Assembly (NCBI GenBank): GCA_030425195.1
Contig: JAUIAV010000025.1
Coordinates: 2,877 to 66,876, forward strand
From: Gammaproteobacteria bacterium
Lineage (GTDB): Bacteria; Pseudomonadota; Gammaproteobacteria; Pseudomonadales; Azotimanducaceae
Length of the DNA stretch: 64,000 nt
Reading direction: 5' to 3'
Shown here piece after piece: positions 54,754 to 63,253 of this stretch. A model generated the notes under the pieces. That model made no database searches. It worked only from the letters and a program-made list of their open reading frames with translations, and was not told the origin of the DNA. Every line of letters begins with the position of its first letter. The stretch's first letter is position 1. Made by a program: the position numbers and the translations under genes.

Positions 54754-55347
54754 TCAGTTGAAGGAAACGCTGGGGGCTGCCTGCATGGCTTCCCGGTCTT
54801 CGTACTCCAGAAGCTCCGCGTTCTCGGAATGACCGAAGAAGCCGGCGAAGATCACGGGCGGGAAGGTCTGCTTGTAGGTGTTGTAGTCCGTGACCTGATC
54901 GTTGTAGGCCTGGCGCGCGAAAGCGACCTTGTTCTCCGTGCTGGTGAGCTCTTCAGAAAGCTGCATCATGTTCTGGTTCGCTTTCAGATCCGGATAAGCC
55001 TCCATGACCACCGAAAGCCTGCCCAGAGCGCCACCGAGCGCACCTTCGGCACTGGCCAGTTCCTTGATGGCCGAGGCATTGGCGGGATCGGCCGCTGCGG
55101 CCTGCAACCCGGCCATCGCCTGGTTCCGCGCAGCGATGACGGCTTCCAGGGTTTCCCGCTCGTGGCTCATGTAACCCTTGGCTGTCTCCACCAGATTGGG
55201 GATCAGATCGTAGCGGCGCTTGAGCTGAACCTCGATCTGAGAGAAGGCGTTCTTGAACCGGTTCTTCAGGGTAATCAGCTTGTTGTAGATGCTGACGACC
55301 CAGAAGCCGAGCACGGCGATGACGACGAGTACGATGATGGTTTCCAT
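54754..55347 (-). CDS. lemA: LemA family protein
   Basis: An N-terminal TM followed by YNKLITLKNRFKNAFSQIEVQLKRRYDLIPNLVE, the LemA signature. Confidence 0.9.
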   Translation of the reverse strand: METIIVLVVIAVLGFWVVSIYNKLITLKNRFKNAFSQIEVQLKRRYDLIPNLVETAKGYMSHERETLEAVIAARNQAMAGLQAAAADPANASAIKELASAEGALGGALGRLSVVMEAYPDLKANQNMMQLSEELTSTENKVAFARQAYNDQVTDYNTYKQTFPPVIFAGFFGHSENAELLEYEDREAMQAAPSVSFN

Positions 55348-55474
55348 GAATCCTCTTCCTCAGCAGAAAGGCACGTCCTGTTCCGATATGGAGTTTAGCG
55401 CATAAAAATCAAGGAGTTACAGAAAATCTCCAGGATTGGTTCACATTTCGAAGCAAGAAAATCCCGTCACGGCC

Positions 55475-56668
55475 TCAGTCGGGCAGACCCAGGACCCGCT
55501 TGGCGATCACATTCAGCTGCACTTCGCTGGTGCCGCCTTCGATCGAGTTCGCCTTGGACCGCAGCCATTGCCGGGTGGTGTTGAGCTCCCGGTCCGTGAA
55601 CCCGCCGCCGGACCAGCCGGCACCTCGGGTACCCATCACGTCGAGGAGCAGCTCGTATTTCCGTTTGTTCTGCTCCGTGCCGTAGTACTTGAACATGCTG
55701 GCGAGATTACCATCCGCCTTGCCGGCCTTGGCCTCCTCTCCGGCGCGTTGAAGCGTGTGCTGGAAGGCACGGTCGTTCATCCGGTGATCGGTCACCTGGG
55801 CGCGCAGCGAGGGGTCGGCAATCCGGCCGCCGTCTTCACCGGTGTATTCTTTCGCCACGTCTTCCAGATTCCGGCCGGAACCGCCGAGGGCGGAGATGCC
55901 GCCGATGCCGGAGACCATCTGGCGTTCGTGCTGCAGCAGACGCTTGGCGATGGTCCAGCCTTTATTGAGTTCTCCCACCAGCTGATCCTTGGGCACCTTC
56001 ACGTTGTCGAAGAACGTCTGGCAGAAGGGCGATGCACCGGATATGAGCTGAATGGGTGACGTGGAAACACCCTCGGATGCCATGTCGAAGAGGAGGAAGC
56101 TGATCCCTTCGTGCTTCGGCGCGTCGTTGTCCGTACGGACCAGGCAGAAGATCCAGTCCGCCTGATCGGCATAGGACGTCCAGATTTTCGATCCATTGAC
56201 CAGGTAGTAATCACCCTTGTCCTCGGCCTTCGTCTGCAGACCTGCCAGATCGGAGCCATAGCCCGGTTCGGAGTAACCCTGACACCAGCGGATCTCGCCC
56301 CGGCAGATCGGCGGCAGATAAGTGAGCTTCTGCTCGTGGGAGGCATATTCGAGCAGCGCCGGGCCGAGCATCCAGATTCCGAAGCTCTGCAGAGCCGGGC
56401 GCGCGTTGATGCGCCGCAGTTCCTGATCGAGCACCCGGTTCTCGTCGGCGTTGAGGCCGCCGCCGCCGTACTCCTTCGGCCAGGTAGGACAGGTCCAGCC
56501 GCGCCCGGCCATGCGCTCCAGCCAGACCCTGGAATCCGGGTTCACGAACGTCTCGTTGCGGCCGCCCCAGACCGTTTCCTCTTCGGCCATGGGCGTGCGC
56601 ATGGATTCGGGACAGTTGGCTTCGAGCCAGTCGCGGACCTCACCCCGGAAGCTGTCGAGATCTGACAT
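55475..56668 (-). CDS. Acyl-CoA dehydrogenase
   Basis: ACAD fold (WCQGYSEPGYGSD, YLVNGSKIWTS, IEGGTSEVQLNVIAKRVLGL). Confidence 0.9.
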   Translation of the reverse strand: MSDLDSFRGEVRDWLEANCPESMRTPMAEEETVWGGRNETFVNPDSRVWLERMAGRGWTCPTWPKEYGGGGLNADENRVLDQELRRINARPALQSFGIWMLGPALLEYASHEQKLTYLPPICRGEIRWCQGYSEPGYGSDLAGLQTKAEDKGDYYLVNGSKIWTSYADQADWIFCLVRTDNDAPKHEGISFLLFDMASEGVSTSPIQLISGASPFCQTFFDNVKVPKDQLVGELNKGWTIAKRLLQHERQMVSGIGGISALGGSGRNLEDVAKEYTGEDGGRIADPSLRAQVTDHRMNDRAFQHTLQRAGEEAKAGKADGNLASMFKYYGTEQNKRKYELLLDVMGTRGAGWSGGGFTDRELNTTRQWLRSKANSIEGGTSEVQLNVIAKRVLGLPD

Positions 56669-56776
56669 CAGTCACTCCTGGATTAACGGAAGCGCAGGAT
56701 TCTAATACAGGCCAGGTCGACTTGGTGAGGGTGGAGGGGGCACGTATAGTCCATGGGTTCACCAGGGAGATCGTTG

Positions 56777-57265
56777 ATGCCGGAAATCGACAGCCAGCTG
56801 TTCAGGAGCACCATGGGCCAGTTCTGCACAGGCGTGGTGGTAGCCACCGCCTGCCTCGACGGCGAACCGGTGGGCTTCGCTGCCCAGTCCTTCGTGTCCC
56901 TGTCTCTGGATCCGCCGCTGGTCGCGCTCTGTCCCGCGGCCACCAGCACCAGCTGGCCCAGGATCCGTGAAGCCGGCAGCTTCTGCATCAACATGCTCGC
57001 TTCGGATCAGCAGTCCGTCTGCGATGCGTTCGCCCGTTCCGGCGGCAACAAGTTCGAGGGGCTTTCCTGGACTGAAGCCGGTACCGGCTCACCGGTCCTC
57101 GAGGGGATTCTCGCCTATGTGGACTGCCGGCTCGAGGCGGAGCATGAAGCCGGCGATCACACGATCGCCATCGGCCGCGTGCAGACTCTGGAGGTGGTGA
57201 ACGGCGGCACGCCGCTGCTGTTCTTCCGGGGCGGCTACGGCAGCTTCGAGCCCATCACCGCCTGA
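56777..57265 (+). CDS. Flavin reductase (NAD(P)H:FMN oxidoreductase, RutF/HpaC-like)
   Basis: FRSTMGQFCTGVVVAT...SFVSLSLDPPLV pattern. The ATG at 56777 has an AGGGAGA RBS; the track ORF starts at 56753. Confidence 0.85.
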   Translation: MPEIDSQLFRSTMGQFCTGVVVATACLDGEPVGFAAQSFVSLSLDPPLVALCPAATSTSWPRIREAGSFCINMLASDQQSVCDAFARSGGNKFEGLSWTEAGTGSPVLEGILAYVDCRLEAEHEAGDHTIAIGRVQTLEVVNGGTPLLFFRGGYGSFEPITA

Positions 57266-57291
57266 ACCGGACCCTCGGCTTCCGGGCAGGA

Positions 57292-57972
57292 TCAGCTCAG
57301 ACCGCTGACCGGCAGCGCAGCGCCATGAATGGGGCTCGCGGCCTCCGATGCCAGGAAGGCCACCACCCGGGCCATGGCGCGGGGGGTCACCCAGGCATCG
57401 AAATCCGCATCCGGCATGTCCTCCCGGTTACGGGGGGTGTCGATGATGCTCGGCAGGATGCAGTTGACGTTGATCCCGTCGGACTTCAACTCTTCCGCCA
57501 TGGACTCGGTCAGGCGGATGACCACGCTCTTGGACGCGCTGTAGGCACCCATCCGGCCCATCCCTTTCTGGCCGGCACCGGCCCCGATGTTGATGATCCG
57601 GCCGCCTCGCCGTTCGAGCATGGAAGGCACCACGGCTCTCGCCATGTTCAGTACCGAGTGGGCGTTGAGGCCCATGAGAAAGTCCCAGGTCTCGGCGCTG
57701 GTCTCGTGAACGGCTTCGCCCATGGCGAAGCCGCCGGCGATGTTCGCGAGCACGTCGATGGGCCCGCATTCCTTTTCGATGGCGCTGACCGCCGCCTGGC
57801 AGGCAGCGGCATCCGTCAGATCCGGTGTCGCACTGAAATGGCCGTTGTCCAGCCTGATCACGTCGAGCTGGGCGACGGTCGCACCTGCGTCTGCAAAATG
57901 CTCGACCACGGCACGGCCGAGCGCACCGGCGGCGCCCGTGACCGTGACGACTTTTCCGGAAAACTCACCCAT
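57292..57972 (-). CDS. Short-chain dehydrogenase/reductase (SDR)
   Basis: TGAAGALG cofactor loop, NIAG, and catalytic YSASK. Confidence 0.9.
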   Translation of the reverse strand: MGEFSGKVVTVTGAAGALGRAVVEHFADAGATVAQLDVIRLDNGHFSATPDLTDAAACQAAVSAIEKECGPIDVLANIAGGFAMGEAVHETSAETWDFLMGLNAHSVLNMARAVVPSMLERRGGRIINIGAGAGQKGMGRMGAYSASKSVVIRLTESMAEELKSDGINVNCILPSIIDTPRNREDMPDADFDAWVTPRAMARVVAFLASEAASPIHGAALPVSGLS

Positions 57973-57984
57973 CGTCGGTTCTCC

Positions 57985-58863
57985 TCAGGCCAGCTCGGCC
58001 AGCGCTTCCAGCGCCTCCCAGTGCAGATCGCCGAACTGGCCGTTCGGATTCACCGGCTGGATGCAGACATGAGTGGCACCGGCGTCGAAGTGTTCCTGGA
58101 TTCTCGTCTTGATAGCGTCCACGCTGCCCCAGGCGAAGGTGGCGTCGATGAATCTGTCACTGCCGCCATTGTCCAGATCGGATTCATCGAGACCCATGCG
58201 CAGCCAGTTGTTGCGGTAGTTCGGAAGTCCCAGATAGATGCCGGCCACCGGCCGCGCCAGCTCGCGTGCTCTGGCCGGGTCCGCCTCGAGCACGACCTTC
58301 TGCTCCACGCAGAGCATCTTGTCCGGTCCCAGAATCTCCTTGGCCATGGCGGTGTGATCCGGCGAGACGAAATAGGGGTGCGCGCCGTCGGTCGCTTCCC
58401 GCGCCAGCTCAAGCATCTTCGGGCCGAGGGCGGCGATTACCGTTTTCGGAGTCTCGGCCGGCGGAATGCCCTGGTAGGGTGCGCTGGCCATGCCTTCGAG
58501 ATATCTGCGCATGGTGGCCACGGGCGGCCCGTAGTCGAGACCGCGCACGCCTTCCACCAGCGGCTTGTGGGAAACGCCGAGCCCCAGCAGGAAGCGGCCA
58601 CCGGATTGCTCATTCAGGGCGTTGTGGCCGGCAAGCGCCACGCCCGGCTCGCGGTGATAGATGTTGGCGATGCCGGTCGCCAGATTCAGGGTCTGGGTGT
58701 TGGCCAGCAGCCAGCTCGCATGGACGAGCGGATGGCGCCCGACGGTCTCCGGTATCCAGAGCGTCCCGTAGCCGAGGGACTCGATCCGCTTTGCGGCTTC
58801 TGCTGCGACGGGGGCCGGGAGCCCGTCGAAGAAATACCAGACTCCGAGTTTGCCGACGTTCAT
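57985..58863 (-). CDS. Luciferase-like monooxygenase (LLM) family oxidoreductase
   Basis: MNVGKLGVWYF...LGYGTLWIPE... LLM TIM-barrel sequence. The start is trimmed to the ATG at 58863; the track ORF runs to 58998. Confidence 0.85.
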   Translation of the reverse strand: MNVGKLGVWYFFDGLPAPVAAEAAKRIESLGYGTLWIPETVGRHPLVHASWLLANTQTLNLATGIANIYHREPGVALAGHNALNEQSGGRFLLGLGVSHKPLVEGVRGLDYGPPVATMRRYLEGMASAPYQGIPPAETPKTVIAALGPKMLELAREATDGAHPYFVSPDHTAMAKEILGPDKMLCVEQKVVLEADPARARELARPVAGIYLGLPNYRNNWLRMGLDESDLDNGGSDRFIDATFAWGSVDAIKTRIQEHFDAGATHVCIQPVNPNGQFGDLHWEALEALAELA

Positions 58864-58916
58864 GAATGTCTCTCCTTGCGTTGTGTGTTCGTTTTCGTGC
58901 CGGTCCCGCAGTTCGC

Positions 58917-59717
58917 TCAACGGGCGTTGAAACGACCCGCGCGTCGTTCGGCCACCGCCCGGATACCTTCCTGGGCATCTTCCGTCGCCCGCAGCCACTG
59001 CTGTTCCGAAAGCTCGTGTTCCGTGGCAGCGGCCACGGATTCGGCCAGACCCTGGCGCAGGGTTGCGCGGACGGAGGCGACGGCGAGCGGCGCGTTTTCA
59101 GCGATCTCCGCTGCCAGCTTCTGGGCCTCACTCCGGAGGTCCGCCTGATCCACCAGCACGTCGACCAGGCCCATGGCCAGGGCTTCCTCGCCGCTGACCC
59201 GGCGTCCCGTGAGCAGCATGAGGGAGGCCTGCTGTTCGCCGATCAGCCGGGGGAGGGTGACGGAGATACCGAAACCCTGATGGATACCGAGCTTCACGAA
59301 GTTGGCACCGAACCGTGCTTCGGGTGCTGCCACCCGGAAGTCGGGGACCAGGGACAGGCCCAGACCGCCTCCGATGGCCGCACCCTGAATGGCGCCGACG
59401 ATGGGGGTCCTGTTCGCGAACAGGCGCGCGGCTTCCCGATAGAGAATTCCGGTGGTGTTTCGGAAGCCTTCCTCGGTAAAATCGCCGCTCCCGGAGTCGT
59501 CATCCTTCCCTGAGCCGAAATTCGCCCCAGCGCAGAAGTGTTTTCCCTGCGAGGCCAGAACGATCGCCCTGCAGTTCGGATCTTCGTCTGCGGCATCGAA
59601 CGCGTCTGCGATCTGGCCGATCAGGCTGTGATCGAAGAAGTTCGCGGGCGGCCGCTGTATTTCGACCGTGGTGACGTAGTCGGTCTGTGTGACGGCGATA
59701 TCGGTGTAGTTCGTCAT
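58917..59717 (-). CDS. Enoyl-CoA hydratase/isomerase (crotonase)
   Basis: HFCAGANF, AIQGAAIGGGLGL, and GLVD motifs. Start at the ATG at 59717 (MTNYTD). Confidence 0.9.
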   Translation of the reverse strand: MTNYTDIAVTQTDYVTTVEIQRPPANFFDHSLIGQIADAFDAADEDPNCRAIVLASQGKHFCAGANFGSGKDDDSGSGDFTEEGFRNTTGILYREAARLFANRTPIVGAIQGAAIGGGLGLSLVPDFRVAAPEARFGANFVKLGIHQGFGISVTLPRLIGEQQASLMLLTGRRVSGEEALAMGLVDVLVDQADLRSEAQKLAAEIAENAPLAVASVRATLRQGLAESVAAATEHELSEQQWLRATEDAQEGIRAVAERRAGRFNAR

Positions 59718-59783
59718 CTGGCGGCCTCCCCCGGGCATGAAGAGCCGGGAATACTAGCAGCGAGCATGAGGTAGCGCACCAAG

Positions 59784-61247
59784 GTGCCGGACGAACGGAA
59801 GCCAGAATCCCCGAACGGATCCGCAGACGACGGCGTGTCGGCCGCGCTGCCGAGCCAGAAGGACGAGGCGGAGGCACAGGCGCTGCGCGCCGCGGGCGAT
59901 GGCGAACGCCCGGGCATCTGGCAGCTCGCGTTCCCCTCCATCCTCGGCAACCTCTCCTACACTGTGGTCGGCATGGTGCAGACCAAGTTCATCGGCGAGC
60001 TGGGCCCGCAGGCACTGGCAGCGGTGGGGGCAGGCCAGCGGGTCTTCTTCGCCATGCAGGCGGTGCTCATGGCGGTGAGCGCAGGGACCACGGCGCTGGT
60101 GGCACGGGCCTGGGGTGCGGGCGATTACGTGGAGGCGAGCCGGGTCACCATGGCCTCGCTGGTGCTGGCCGGGGCCATGTCCCTGGGCGTGACCGTGCTC
60201 GGCCTGTTCTTTGCGCCGCAGTTCGCCGGTGTTTTCGGGCTGGATCCGGAAACCCTGGCCATGGCAGCAGAGAACATCCGCTGGCTCTGTGTGTTCAATG
60301 TGGCGTTCGCCATGAACTTCATTCTCGCCGCGGCGCTCCGGGCTTCCGGGGACGCCTGGTCGCCGCTCTGGATCAGCGGCGCGGTGAACGTGATCAACAT
60401 ACCGCTGCTGTACCTGTTCGTGTTCGGTGCCTACGGCTTTCCCGCGATGGGGGTCGCCGGTGCGGCGGTCGCCGCCGGGATCGCCTTCAGCGTCGGCGGA
60501 CTGGTGCTGGTCGGCCTCTGGGTGAAGCAGAAGTTCCGGGTCAAGCACGTGGGCGGCGGATGGTGGCGGCGCGAGCGCCTCCGGCGTTTGCTCGACATCG
60601 GCTATCCGGCGGCTCTGGAGCAGGGTGTTTTCCAGCTCGGGTTTTTCGCCTTTCTCATGCTCATCGGCAATTTCTACGGCACGGAGGCCTTTGCGGCCTA
60701 CAACATCGGCGTGAACGTGCTGCAGATCTGCATGACCGTGGGATTCGGTTTCTCCATCGCCGGCTCGACCCTGGTCGGGCAGCACCTAGGCGCCAACGAT
60801 CCGGACGGGGCTGCCCGGAGCGGCTGGCGGTCCACCTGGCTGGCCATGATCGCCATGGGGTCCCTGGGTGCGGTCATCATGTACTACGCGCGGCCGCTGA
60901 GTCTGTTCTTCATCGGCGACGACCCGGTCACCGTGCAGCGCACGGTGGAGTTCATATACCTGCTGGGTGCCATGATGCCGCTGCTCGCCGTGGACTTCTC
61001 CATCGGCGGCAGCCTGCGCGGCGCCGGGGATACGCGCTTTCCGCTCATGGCCACCATGCTCAGCCTGATCGGCATGCGCTGCGGCCTCGCCGCGCTGGCC
61101 ACCTGGATGGGAATGCCGGTGGTTTGGGTTTACGCGGCGCTGGTGGGAGACTATCTGCTCAAGGCGACGATGCTCATCTGGCGCTTTCAACGGGGACGCT
61201 GGAAGACCGTCGTCCGGACGGAAGATCTGAATCTCAACGCCGACTGA
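59784..61247 (+). CDS. MATE family efflux transporter
   Basis: 12 TM segments with a NorM-like N-terminus (IWQLAFPSILGNLSYTVVGMVQTKFIGELGPQALAAVG). The GTG start is uncertain. Confidence 0.88.
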   Translation: MPDERKPESPNGSADDGVSAALPSQKDEAEAQALRAAGDGERPGIWQLAFPSILGNLSYTVVGMVQTKFIGELGPQALAAVGAGQRVFFAMQAVLMAVSAGTTALVARAWGAGDYVEASRVTMASLVLAGAMSLGVTVLGLFFAPQFAGVFGLDPETLAMAAENIRWLCVFNVAFAMNFILAAALRASGDAWSPLWISGAVNVINIPLLYLFVFGAYGFPAMGVAGAAVAAGIAFSVGGLVLVGLWVKQKFRVKHVGGGWWRRERLRRLLDIGYPAALEQGVFQLGFFAFLMLIGNFYGTEAFAAYNIGVNVLQICMTVGFGFSIAGSTLVGQHLGANDPDGAARSGWRSTWLAMIAMGSLGAVIMYYARPLSLFFIGDDPVTVQRTVEFIYLLGAMMPLLAVDFSIGGSLRGAGDTRFPLMATMLSLIGMRCGLAALATWMGMPVVWVYAALVGDYLLKATMLIWRFQRGRWKTVVRTEDLNLNAD

Positions 61248-61279
61248 GTGATCGCCGGCTCACTGAGCGGGAGGGCGCC

Positions 61280-62164
61280 GTGCCCGAACTGCCGGACCTC
61301 ACGGTCTACCTCGAACATATCGAACGCCGGTTGACGGGTGAACGGCTCGAGCACATCCGGCTGGCTTCACCGTTTCTCCTGCGCACCGTCACCCCCGCTG
61401 TGGAGGAGGTGTGTGGCCACAGGCTGGTCGGCACCCGGCGTCTCGGCAAGCAGATCGTGCTTGCCCTGGAAGACGACTACTACCTGGTCATCCATCTCAT
61501 GATCTCGGGCCGGCTGCAGTGGGGAGAGCCGGGTGCCCCGGTACCCCGTGGCCGCGGTCTGGCGGCCTTCGATTTCGAGTCCGGCGCTCTCATTTTCACC
61601 GAAGCAAGCAAGAAGAAGCGGGCTTCGCTGAAACTGGTTAAGGGGACGGGCGACCTGGCAGCGCTGGATCCGGGCGGGCTGGAAGTGCTCGATGCGGATC
61701 GATCGCAGTTCGCCGCCCGGATCCGCGATGCCAACCACACGCTGAAACGGGCGCTGACCGACCAGAAAGTCTTCGCCGGTATCGGCAACGCCTATTCGGA
61801 TGAGATTCTGCTGCGTGCCTGTCTCTCGCCGTTCAAGCGTCCGGTAAATCTGAGCGAAGAGGAAATGACACGGCTCCACTCGGCCTGTGTGGATGTGCTG
61901 CAGGAATGGATCGAGCGGCTGCGGCTGGAAGCGGGCGGGAAGTGGCCGAAGAAGGTGACGGCCTTTCATCCGGAGATGGCCGTGCACGGCAGGTACCGGG
62001 AACCCTGCCCCGTCTGCGGTGCTCCCGTGCAGCGGATCGTCTATGCCGAAAACGAAGCCAACTACTGTGCAAAGTGCCAGACCGGCGGGCGCCTGCTGGC
62101 AGACCGCTCCCTCTCCCGGCTTCTGAAGGACAACTGGCCGAAACGGCTCGAGGATCTGGAGTAG
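61280..62164 (+). CDS. Fpg/Nei-family DNA glycosylase/AP lyase
   Basis: GTG start with a GGGAGG RBS, giving an N-terminal (M)PELPDL catalytic Pro-Glu. H2TH region (IGNAYSDEILLRA) and a C-terminal CxxC-N16-CxxC zinc finger. The 534-aa track ORF is a read-through of the MATE gene in another frame. Confidence 0.85.
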   Translation: MPELPDLTVYLEHIERRLTGERLEHIRLASPFLLRTVTPAVEEVCGHRLVGTRRLGKQIVLALEDDYYLVIHLMISGRLQWGEPGAPVPRGRGLAAFDFESGALIFTEASKKKRASLKLVKGTGDLAALDPGGLEVLDADRSQFAARIRDANHTLKRALTDQKVFAGIGNAYSDEILLRACLSPFKRPVNLSEEEMTRLHSACVDVLQEWIERLRLEAGGKWPKKVTAFHPEMAVHGRYREPCPVCGAPVQRIVYAENEANYCAKCQTGGRLLADRSLSRLLKDNWPKRLEDLE

Positions 62165-62171
62165 CCGTCCC

Positions 62172-63245
62172 TCAGGCCGGGTTCCGGGACGTCCGTCGGA
62201 TGCCCGTGGAGGAAGCAGGGTTGTTGAAGCGGTCGGCTCCGACGCCTGTGCAGCGCCCGACCAGCGATTCAGGCAGCGAATCGGCAACGTCGTCGAGTGT
62301 CTGGAATCGGCCGTTCAGCTCCCGCCCGAAGACCACATAGGCCGCGCCGTACTCCCGGAGCTCTCTCAGCGCCTCGTCACGCATGGCAACACCGCCGTAG
62401 TAGCGGGGTTCGGCAATCCGGATCAGCGTGTCCAGACCGACGATGAAGGTGGCGTCCGGAAAGTGCCGGGCTTTCTCGATGAAGGTAGGCAGCCGGGTAA
62501 GCCACACGGGTCGGTCGAACTGGGAAAGGCGCCGCTCGATTTCGCGGTAGTCGAGAAACGGCTTGTCCACATTGGCCACCGACAGCTCGTAAGCGCCTTC
62601 CCGCCCCGTCAGTTCCTCGGCGATGGCCATCATCTGCCGGTGCCCGTCGTGCAAAGGATTGAAGGCACCAGGCAGCAGCAGCCGGCCGTCGTGGTCTTCC
62701 GTCGCCACCGCCAGCTCGTCGCCCAGAATCAGAGCCTGCCAGGCCGGTTTCCCGGCGGTGTGCCGGATGCTGATCGAGCCTTCGACCCCGGCGATCCTGA
62801 GCGCCGCTCCGATTTTCGCCCAGAGCGCTTCACAGAGCGCTTCCTCTTCCTCGGCCCGGTCACCGTCGAAGGTCCAGAAAGCCGTGAAGGTGTCCGTGGG
62901 CGTCTGGATGGCAGCGTGGGCGCGGTGCTCACCGCGCTTCGCCCGATCCGTCGCCAGGCTGGCCGTGCAGGCGAAGCCGAAGGGCTGGCTCGCACCCAGA
63001 CGCCGGGCGCTCTGAAAGGCGCTCATGGCCATGGCCCGGGCGGTGGCTTCCGAACAGGCCTGTTCCGGTGCCGCACCCAGCATCTCCGTCATGGCCGCAC
63101 CCGCGTACGGGATCCGCACATCCAGCACTGTTCTCGAGGCACCGGGCGTGGTGAGCATCTCGCTGATCAGCGACGTGCCGCCACCAGCCAGATGGAACAC
63201 GCCCTGCCAGGGCGATTCGTGCAGACGGCGGGCCCGGTCGGTCAT
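62172..63245 (-). CDS. Fusion protein: CinA/PncC-like domain + nucleotidyltransferase (NadD/NMNAT-like) domain
   Basis: The N-half resembles the CinA C-terminal (PncC) fold (LAGGGTSLISEML..PGASRTVL...IPY). The C-half has the GAFNPLHDGH (HxGH) and SSTGIR (ISSTxxR-like) motifs of the cytidylyltransferase-like superfamily. Confidence 0.7.
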   Translation of the reverse strand: MTDRARRLHESPWQGVFHLAGGGTSLISEMLTTPGASRTVLDVRIPYAGAAMTEMLGAAPEQACSEATARAMAMSAFQSARRLGASQPFGFACTASLATDRAKRGEHRAHAAIQTPTDTFTAFWTFDGDRAEEEEALCEALWAKIGAALRIAGVEGSISIRHTAGKPAWQALILGDELAVATEDHDGRLLLPGAFNPLHDGHRQMMAIAEELTGREGAYELSVANVDKPFLDYREIERRLSQFDRPVWLTRLPTFIEKARHFPDATFIVGLDTLIRIAEPRYYGGVAMRDEALRELREYGAAYVVFGRELNGRFQTLDDVADSLPESLVGRCTGVGADRFNNPASSTGIRRTSRNPA

Positions 63246-63253
63246 CCGGTGGC

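Noticed and set aside
57985-58863. Annotating the luciferase-like monooxygenase as F420-dependent.
   Set aside because: F420 use is unlikely to be inferable here. A flavin reductase gene is adjacent, which suggests an FMN two-component system, and no cofactor-specific residues can be verified by eye.
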